A DNA stretch of 64,000 bases, taken from Setoptus koraiensis (Eukaryota > Animalia > Arthropoda). Within the stretch, counting starts at the first letter, position 1. Every line of letters starts with the position of its first letter. The translations under genes and the position numbers were made by a program. The notes beneath the pieces were generated by a model, which saw nothing but the letters and a program-made list of their open reading frames with translations, did no database searches and had not been told where the DNA came from. Below, piece after piece: positions 1-9,735 of the stretch. The DNA lies in assembly GCA_048013815.1 (NCBI GenBank), contig CM106585.1:5704001-5768000 (forward strand), written 5' to 3'.

Positions 1-2
1 CA

Positions 3-1046
3 TCAATCAATGATACTGCAACGTCGAATTCTCCTATCGTTACGTCCCTTCCAACAAGCACATACCAGCTGCAATCTGGACAAAAGAAAGTTCGACCCGG
101 GAAATGGCCACCAGGCAGATGTTCCTGTTCCAAAGGTTTCATATTTGATCAAATGGTTCGTAAATGTTTACCTTTGTCATTGGCGGATGCACGTTGTAAA
201 TCCGATGATGATTGTCGGTATATAGCTCGCACACATTGCGATCCTTCAAAGAACAAATGCCTGTGTGATGACCATCTGATATGGAGTGAACAAGAGCTAT
301 CATGTAATAAAGAAAACGATACGGCCGAAGTGAAAGTTACCGGGGAGGAAACGGATGTTACGTGGAAGGGTGGGCCACAGTCTTCAAAAATATTCACACC
401 AAATATAACAACATTTGTTATTTTTTCATTATGCGTAATATTTGGTACAGCATCGATTCTAATCATCACATATAAATGTTTCTCCACTAAAACATCATCC
501 ACTCTTATCACTGCCTCTGACCGAGACAAGCGCAGAAGGCGAGCCAACAAACAAAAGTCTAAGAAGAGCTCCAAACAAAACTCCAAAAACGATCAAGTCA
601 CTAGCGTTACAAAACCCTCATCCCAATTGTCTAATATCACGAAAGCGACAAGAGGTAGAATTCTCAACTATGACTTCGAAACAGGTAATACAAGTCCTGT
701 CTCTTGTGCCAATCCAGCAACACCTAACAGGCAAACCAGAAATTCAATATCTTCGCTCAGCTCCGACACAACTGTTAAGAGTTTGAATAACCTTGACTGC
801 GAGGACAGCGATGGCTCCGATTTAGACAAAAGCGACGGAGGAGTTGCCAATCCTACGATGCTACCACCGTCACCGGTACCTAGTCAGCCCCATTATATGA
901 TGACATCAGCTCTGAAGGGAGCCAGTGCACCTTCAGCAATTGCGGCCGCCGCAGCAGCTGCAGCGAGAAAAAGAAAGGAGCGTCAGAGCGGACATCTCAC
1001 CGATTCAAACGCCAATCACAAACCACACGACCCAGTTTTTCTATGA
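3..1046 (+). CDS. 5'-partial single-pass membrane protein with Cys-rich (EB/EGF-like) extracellular repeats, one TM helix and a basic, Ser-rich cytoplasmic tail
   Basis: The frame of ORF 153..1046 stays open back to base 3 (SINDTATSN...GRCSCSKGFIFDQMVRKC), so the gene starts before the window. Cys module CKSDDDC-x6-C-x6-CLC-x12-C, TM ITTFVIFSLCVIFGTASILIITY, then KRRRRANKQKSKK. AATAAA at about 1389. Confidence 0.75.
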   Translation, partial: SINDTATSNSPIVTSLPTSTYQLQSGQKKVRPGKWPPGRCSCSKGFIFDQMVRKCLPLSLADARCKSDDDCRYIARTHCDPSKNKCLCDDHLIWSEQELSCNKENDTAEVKVTGEETDVTWKGGPQSSKIFTPNITTFVIFSLCVIFGTASILIITYKCFSTKTSSTLITASDRDKRRRRANKQKSKKSSKQNSKNDQVTSVTKPSSQLSNITKATRGRILNYDFETGNTSPVSCANPATPNRQTRNSISSLSSDTTVKSLNNLDCEDSDGSDLDKSDGGVANPTMLPPSPVPSQPHYMMTSALKGASAPSAIAAAAAAAARKRKERQSGHLTDSNANHKPHDPVFL

Positions 1047-1166
1047 TTTGGTTTAATACTCCAACATTGAAATATACATGGGCTATTCATTAGGAATGAG
1101 AACCTCAATTTGAAGCACACTGATACTTTTCATGCTGCTCTTTCCGCTAGCATAAAATTCTGCTGC

Positions 1167-1397
1167 GAATCCACGGCCATTGCTTTATTTTGACTATGAT
1201 GGCTTAGATCGCGGACTTTACTCGCTTTTAAAACATCTGCGGCATTTTTTATATATTGACTTGTACTGTTGAAATCTCTTGTATTTGTTACTATTCCTAC
1301 TTATAGAGAATTGTTTTACTTGTGCTAAAGTTACTAGCTAATGTTTTATAAACGTTTTATAGGCACGCGACACATCGATAAGTGAAAAATAAATTCT
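1167..1397 (+). repeat. Copy 1 of a diverged dispersed element of about 230 bp (copy 2 at 3253-3468)
   Basis: Blocks shared in the same order: GATGGCT(T/C)AGATCGC, CATCTG, TATTGACTTGT, TCTTGTATTTG, TAGAGAATTGTT, TATAAACGTT, AAATAAATTC. Confidence 0.75.
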
Positions 1398-1778
1398 GTT
1401 ACAAATGGACAGCAGTCTTTTATGCAAACACTTATTTTGGCGAGTGATCCAAAGATTACACGTTTCCCCTTCGTCGGATTCTAAAACAATAATAATTATA
1501 TATTTGATTGAATTTGAGTAGAGGATTCAAAGGATTTTCTCTCCACGGTAGTGTGACTACGACAATAGTACATATCGAAAGATGATGTTTGGACTGAGTT
1601 AACTAAACACTTCTAACCGAAGCAAAGTGAAACAAAATCAGACGCGGTGGAATTCTATGATTTTAGTGTTTGGTTGACAATAACTTAATTTTTATTCTCT
1701 TGCAAAAGACGCAAACTTCATTAGCATTTGTGAATTGAGTGTAACTGGGCGGAATCCGAAAGTATGTCAATTTGTTGT

Positions 1779-2316
1779 CTATTTGCCTTTGCCGACTGGA
1801 TGCTTATCGTGCCATCCAAAAGCTCCCTTTTTGGCTGTCCAAGCGCCCATGTCCAACCAACCTTTGGCTCCATGTCCGTGGTGACCATGATGACCTAAGT
1901 GTGTAGTAAGTGATAGTTGAATCAGAGCTAACTGTTAGAAATATCCCAAACAAAATGTAAGAATAGATTCGTTTGGATGCTGGCAATTACTTACTTGCTG
2001 CAGTTTTCAGATCCATCGAGCGTTTTTGTTGCTGAGGATGCATGCTTATGTGAGCTTGAGGTCTCGATTCTGCCGGCGACTCATCAATTGATTGAGTATC
2101 TGGAACTTGGATCAAAACTGGAATAGCTTGAGTTTCATCGATGTTCATACCATTGTTGATTAAATCTCGCTGCGTGACACCACGTTGTTGTTTTGATGGA
2201 TAATCATCCCTGTCTATATCTTCCGAAGATGATGGGCGGCATTCGTAGGAATTTAAAAAAAGTGAACCACACACCAAGATGCTGGCCACCAATAACGTTA
2301 TCGATGTGGTAGACAT
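1779..2316 (-). CDS. Secreted prepropeptide, 2 exons (2316-1995, 1894-1779), 145 aa, with a His/Gly/Trp-rich C-terminal peptide
   Basis: N-terminal signal peptide MSTTSITLLVASILVCGSLFLNSYEC. A GTAAGT donor at 1994 and a TAG acceptor at 1895 define a 100-bp phase-1 intron, giving ...QKRSMDLKTAASHHGHHGHGAKGWLDMGAWTAKKGAFGWHDKHPVGKGK*. Confidence 0.8.
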
Positions 2317-3252
2317 TTTGCTTCTTTTGTTTAGTCAATCTAAATCAACACTGGACGAGGATTTTGATGTTAAGTAGTTGTGATGCAAACTTTTCAAGTC
2401 TCTTTCGATAAATAAGTTAAAAATTTATCCAGCTTCCCTTCTTATACTGCAGTTCGGATGAAACTTAACTGAACTGATGATACGCTCAGTTTACTGCAGT
2501 TATCAAGCTAGAACAAAGAAATTACTGGTGATGGCAGTGAGGAAGGTCGCGTTGACATCCTTTAATAGCTAATAGTGATTGACTAAATCTTTTAGATTTC
2601 CAACAACCACCATTCTTTATGAATCGAGCTCAGAGATGGGTCATCCAAGTGTAAATGTATATATTTTACATTGTAGATGGTTTGAGATGTCTCTTGAAAA
2701 TTTATCGATCACAATTGTCGAGTGAACTATAGTGTAAAGAATGGATAGCACAGGTAGTGAGCAGGATGAGCACAAATCACGATTCACGGTAACATTCGTT
2801 GAAGGTGTAAAAGTTGTACCTATAGAATGACATAAAATTGCTACCAGTGATCAAGTCACCTCCCAATCAATTAGCGAGTTTTAAGCGCAACAAAGCCAGA
2901 ACTTGAAACAAGTGTCATCAACAGAGAACAGTGAATGTACGCTTGCACTTTCTTAACAAATAAATTGCTAAGGTTACAGTATGAGCCTGCCCTTGTGTCA
3001 TAAATTGACAATCATCAGTTGTTTGTTATCATGCCCACACAAGGTTCTCAATGGATGCTGCTGTTATAATTCAAGATTACGTCATATTGTTACACCCAGA
3101 TAATTAAGTTGTGCTATTGTCTGACGATCTCTCTACATGAACTACTCCACTCGCCCGAGCCTGTAAGATCGCAAACTGTAAGGGTTGGAAACCCTCTTTT
3201 TACGATTACGAAGCACCAATGAATTTTGAATTCAAGTATCAAGGCCTCTCAA

Positions 3253-3468
3253 GAATCTACCATTACCTTATGAAAGAACATTGACCACGATGGCTCAGAT
3301 CGCATTAGACTAAACGCTAGCTATCTAGACCATCTGTGCTGTTTATTGACTTGTTAAACGGTTAAACAATCTTGTATTTGATGCTACTGCTACTAGTAGA
3401 GAATTGTTGCAATTGCGCTGAAGATTCTGGCAAGTGTTGTATAAACGTTCTGTTCAACAAATAAATTC
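3253..3468 (+). repeat. Copy 2 of the diverged dispersed element (see 1167-1397)
   Basis: Same ordered conserved blocks as copy 1, ending in AAATAAATTC. Confidence 0.75.
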
Positions 3469-3507
3469 CGTTTCATACAAACACATACCGATCTATCATG
3501 TAAACAT

Positions 3508-5244
<1,737 letters not shown>

Positions 5245-5835
5245 TTACTATGCACCTCCGATGTTGCCACTCTATCGCCGGTTGGTGTCACTGTTGTTGT
5301 CTTTTTGTTGCAGTACGCACACGACTATCACTTTTACACCACACACCACACACTTTAATGCTGCCTTGTTAGCCTTGAATTGTTACGTAATGGTACTGCA
5401 CTGTACAGTAGTGTGTAGTACGGGGTATAGGGTGTAAAGGGCAACTGAAGCGCTCGCCTAGCAGCTATAGCTTGTTAGATCCGCGTTCAGCATTCACGCA
5501 GCCCCCTTCCGTTCCCCATCGCTGAGCTGGCTTCCACACTGAAAGCCAGCTTCAGTGTGTGCGCGCGTGTGTGTTGTGCGCGTCTTTTGCACATTATACA
5601 CTCGATTGTATGCACATTGCCGAGGCACATTGCACAATCACGTGATTCGCTAACATTCGATTGTGTTTTGGACAGTGGGTCAGAGTTGACGCTTCCCCTC
5701 GTTTGCACAGCTAGGCGCCGGATTCGAACCGATCGAAAGTTTGTTGCAGCCACTGGGGCACATCTCGTCTCTCGGCCGAAACGAGCGAAATTCCGGAAGC
5801 TGGCAGACGAGAGGCCCGACGAGTCGCCCGTCCAG

Positions 5836-5908
5836 ATACAGTAGTTTCTTCGTGTCATACAGTAGTTTCTTCGTGCGATACAGTAGTTTCGTCATACGAT
5901 ACAGTAGT
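5836..5908. repeat. 21-bp tandem repeat, about 3.5 copies (ATACAGTAGTTTC(T/G)TC...)
   Basis: Units start at 5836, 5857, 5878 and 5899. Confidence 0.9.
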
Positions 5909-6120
5909 TGGATTTCGTTGGATCTGGGTGCCCCGGGGGCCGTTTCCAGGCACAATGGCCGCGCGAAATCGAGTCAACATTATCGGTTTGAAAACTGTAT
6001 TCATAGGACGCCTCAAGTCTAGACTAATTACTGGCGCCAGTGGCACAAACTCATCTTTATCGCGTGAACGTTTTTCAATTGTATTTCAGTTTTTTCTCTG
6101 CTCACTGTTCACACTAGTAC
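5895..6120 (-). repeat. Left arm of a diverged inverted duplication (partner at 6490-6712)
   Basis: The core GAAAACTGTATTCATAGGACGCCTCAAGTCTAGACTAATTACTGGCGCCAGTGGCAC matches the reverse complement of about 6565-6620, and weaker similarity extends on both sides. Confidence 0.85.
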
Positions 6121-6489
6121 ACTGGCTGTTTGCTGCAACTTTGCCCTATTCGATAACATTCATCATTTCTCAGAGTTGGCACTTACAAAAACAACAATTC
6201 AGTTCTGTCAGCCACGCCAGAAGCGAGATATACGTGCAATAAAAATGAACAACAACAATCGGTGGCGCCTTACTCATTTGATGACCCTGTTAGCTAACTC
6301 TCCTCTCGAGCAATGCAACATGGGATAAACCAACCCGCAGCACTGGCGCTACCAGTTGCTGTTCGTTATTATATGAAATGTATCTCACAACTCTGCAGCC
6401 TGATGATGACTCCTATCGAATGGGATAGAGTTGTCGTGAACAGTCAATGGCACGATCGATGTTCACGGGCAATCATACAGATCGTACAG

Positions 6490-6712
6490 AATCTGTACTA
6501 CAGATGTGAAAAAAAAAACTGTGATCCACTAATGAATCACATTCACACAACAGCGATGAATCCGTGCAACTGGCGCCAGTAGTAAGTCTAGACTCGAGGC
6601 GTCTTTTGAATAAAGTTTTCAATTCGAAAATGTTTACTCCAAATCTGAAGACTTTCATCAGCACGATCATTTTACAAATGGCCACCGAACCATCCAAATC
6701 TGGTGAAATCCT
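6490..6712 (+). repeat. Right arm of the inverted duplication, directly upstream of the nanos-like gene; probable promoter element
   Basis: GTGCAACTGGCGCCAGTAGTAAGTCTAGACTCGAGGCGTCTTTTGAATAAAGTTTTCAA mirrors the left arm. Confidence 0.8.
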
Positions 6713-6744
6713 TCAAATTAATAACAGCATATCACATTTTCGTC

Positions 6745-7299
6745 ATGAATCGTTCGATAGCGCCTCGCTTCCCGTATTCGAAAGGTCGAAACAACAATAT
6801 TAAGGTTCCCCCAATGGGTTCATACTGTCGCCTGTGCTACTCAAATGGGGAACCAGAACAGTTCTACCGAAACCACACACTCAAGGATAGGGACAATCAG
6901 GTGACATGCCCAGTCCTCAAGAACTACGTCTGTCCTCATTGTCACCAAAAGGGTATTCATACGGCAAGCTACTGCGACAAATTGGATCGCTACGCGAAGA
7001 GAAATGAAGCACAATCAAATCCCAGGCCAATCGCTCCTCTACTAAGAACTAAGACTCAATCCAGCGGACGTCGTAAACCGGTGAAAAACAACTCAATGTC
7101 GTCCGACTCTTCGTTTGGAAGTATCGGGACTTGGTCCCCCAGCGAGGCACCCTCAACATCGACATCATCGTCGTCGTCAGCGAGAACTAATCGCAATTTG
7201 GATAATTCTAATGAATTTAAGATACGATTCGCGCCAGAAACAATCTCATTGCTGGTCCAAAGAATAATTTTATCTCTTATATTGAATTACAGAGTATAA
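6745..7299 (+). CDS. nos: Nanos-type (CCHC)2 zinc-finger protein, intronless; ATG at 6745 or 6814
   Basis: C-x2-C-x12-H-x10-C-x7-C-x2-C-x5-H-x4-C (CRLC...HTLKD...VTCPVLKNYVCPHC...HTASYC) at 6826-6975. The listed ORF start at 6703 is a GTG. Confidence 0.8.
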   Translation: MNRSIAPRFPYSKGRNNNIKVPPMGSYCRLCYSNGEPEQFYRNHTLKDRDNQVTCPVLKNYVCPHCHQKGIHTASYCDKLDRYAKRNEAQSNPRPIAPLLRTKTQSSGRRKPVKNNSMSSDSSFGSIGTWSPSEAPSTSTSSSSSARTNRNLDNSNEFKIRFAPETISLLVQRIILSLILNYRV

Positions 7300-7312
7300 A
7301 GTTCAAAACACA

Positions 7313-8248
7313 TTAGCTTAGCATTGCTGAAATAACCGACTCCAACTTTACTTGATCCTCGACGAACTTTCTTATTCCTTCGCCCAGTTTGAAATGTGCC
7401 ATGCTGTTTTGGTTAAGGGCAAATCGGAAAGATTTCTCGCTAACATCCACCTTTTTAATGTCCAACAACTTAGCTTTTGAATCCTCCAACTGCCTGTCGA
7501 CCGTGACTCCTTGCTCACTATCAAGCTGACCTAGGAGAGCAGGCGAAATGGTCAACAAATCACAACCGGCCAGACATTTGATCTCGCTGATGTTACGAAA
7601 TGAGGCGCCCATGACAACTGTCTTATAGCCAAATTTCTTGTAATAGTTATAGATTCCGGTGACACTTTTGACTCCGGGATCTTCGAATGGGTTCTCGTAG
7701 TGTTTGACTTGATAGAAGTCATAGATACGACCAACGAATGGCGAAATGAGTGTTGCCCCTACTTCGGCGCAAGCTGCGGCCTGCTCCAAGCTAAAAAGTA
7801 ATGTCATGTTACAATGATATCCATATTGACTCTCTAGAACCTTAGCTGCCTGAATACCTTCCCAAGTGGACGCCAATTTAATAAGGATCCTGTCCTTGTT
7901 GATTCCCAAAGATTCATACAACTTGATTAACTTGACGGCTTTGTCAATCGAACCTTGAGTATCGAAACTCAGACGGGCATCAACCTCAGTGGACACTCTA
8001 CCTGGAACAATCTTGAGAATTTCACATCCAAATAGTACATTCAGATAGTCCATGGTAGCTTCGAGATTTTTTTCGCCCAAAGCTATGGCCTTATCTATGA
8101 TATGCTTGTACTCAGGTTTTTGAGCTGCTTGTAGTATTAATGATGGGTTAGTTGTGGCATCAGTGGGCTTGAATTTTGCCATTAACTCAAAGTCCCCAGT
8201 GTCGGCAACCACAACACTATGTTTACGTAATTGCTCCAAAGATGACAT
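7313..8248 (-). CDS. Taldo: Transaldolase, intronless, 311 aa
   Basis: [47 protein letters not shown] (catalytic Lys), [24 protein letters not shown]. The start is placed at MSSLEQL (8248). Confidence 0.97.
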   Translation of the reverse strand: MSSLEQLRKHSVVVADTGDFELMAKFKPTDATTNPSLILQAAQKPEYKHIIDKAIALGEKNLEATMDYLNVLFGCEILKIVPGRVSTEVDARLSFDTQGSIDKAVKLIKLYESLGINKDRILIKLASTWEGIQAAKVLESQYGYHCNMTLLFSLEQAAACAEVGATLISPFVGRIYDFYQVKHYENPFEDPGVKSVTGIYNYYKKFGYKTVVMGASFRNISEIKCLAGCDLLTISPALLGQLDSEQGVTVDRQLEDSKAKLLDIKKVDVSEKSFRFALNQNSMAHFKLGEGIRKFVEDQVKLESVISAMLS

Positions 8249-9735
8249 TGTAGAATAAGTAATTGAAGTAAAATTTCTTAATGAGATGAAGTAAAACAAT
8301 GAAGTAATTTCAACCTAAAATGAAGCCGTAATGTAAGCTATTCCTTTAAATACTGAACTTAATACTGGGTGTGATCGGACTTGAATCTGAAAAGGCAATC
8401 AAATTTATGAGACAGCGATTGTACTAAACACAAGTGGTAAGATCATCATCATCAATGAGTGTCTGTGAGTGCAAGAAGATTTGCGTTATATAATAATGTT
8501 GAGCCGGCAACCTGTTTAGATCTCTCGAAGTTAATCGATAGTAGTTAGTGTGTGCAAGCTACACAGTCTAGCTTGATAGCCGGTATCATTGATACTTTTA
8601 CACCTCACTAGCACTCGCACACCACTACAACTGTGTGCAAAAGTAGAGATGTTATATGAGATGAAGATTTGTTTCCTCCCTGCTGAAGCCACCAAGACTT
8701 TCCTTGTTACCGTGCCTATCCATGGCGACTTGTTGAGAGTTCAAAATACGGAGTATAGTTATATTCTCCGGTAGATAGCACGAGATGCTTGACATGTGTC
8801 TTTTTTTAAAAATTTGAAAGAGGTTGAAGTAAATCCATCTGTCCATCAATTGTTGTTATTGCCGAACGGAACAGTTATATAATAAATCACCTCTTGCGGC
8901 TTTTAAATCTTTCAGACACTTGAAACAGAATTTGTCCTCTTGAAATATTATTCAAGGGGGAGCTGTCAGACGACATCTTGAAATCACGAGGTCGATAGAA
9001 ATATAGAATAATATTATACAAAGAAGAATATTGCTAACAAGACTTCCAGGTCTTCGGGCATCTGATGGCAAAAAAGCTAATAAATAGGTAAAAGTTACAC
9101 TGGGTCGGTGCTGAAAGGTTTCTCTGTACGAATCGTCCACTGGGAAGTACATTTGTTTTCCCCCAGAGTGAAATCGCCGGCATATTTACATGCCAAACTG
9201 TTCGTTCGAAGGGGAACCAAGTAACTGCTCATCGCCCGTTAATAAAATCAAAAATTCCTTATTGGCTTCATGATTTCCAGCACACAGAGGCAGAAAAACT
9301 AGTAGACTTTTCTTTCACTAGGTGGCTTCGAAGATTACACTTCTGTGACTACGAGTGTGTGCGTTGGCTAAAATCACATAGGATCATCATGTGTTTGTTT
9401 CAGCGTTGTTGTCATCGAGTTTCTCAGTTTTTGTTAGTTTCATTATTATTGTACGTCTGGCTATTACCTGTATTATGCATATATTTACTATTATTTGTAT
9501 TATTGAACAGACTATTCTATTAGAAGGACTCGACAAGTGGACCAAAAGGACTGATAATCAAGTCAGAGGCCGTTGTGTAAGGGAGAAACACAATGACTCG
9601 GAGGTTGACGATCTAGCATTTATTATACATTGAATAATATATTTCAATATTCCTCAAATCAAAAGAAAGCGATATTTTTGTGTCTAGAGAAACAATGAGG
9701 TCAAACGAAAACTAAATTGCCGCAGAATATTCATC

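Noticed and set aside
1196-1215. U2 snRNA similarity (TGGCTTAGATC versus TGGCTAAGATC)
   Set aside because: Only about 10 nt match; the branch-point recognition sequence and Sm site are absent.
1300-1360. Paired small ORFs in the dispersed repeat (NVYxTLAxxFS...TILY, minus strand)
   Set aside because: In copy 1 the frame is closed by a stop immediately upstream, with no ATG or acceptor; the similarity is explained by DNA-level homology.
5690-5790. tRNA gene suggested by a perfect B box (GGTTCGAATCC, minus strand)
   Set aside because: No acceptor-stem pairing or anticodon arm could be built, and the A-to-B box spacing is too short. Kept only as a possible tRNA-derived element.
5836-5908. CRISPR-like array from the 21-bp repeats
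   Set aside because: The repeats abut with no unique spacers, there are no cas genes, and the context is eukaryotic.
8300-9700. Short ORFs between transaldolase and VPS54
   Set aside because: No recognisable motif or consistent splice structure; probably divergent promoter and UTR sequence, though a small gene cannot be excluded.
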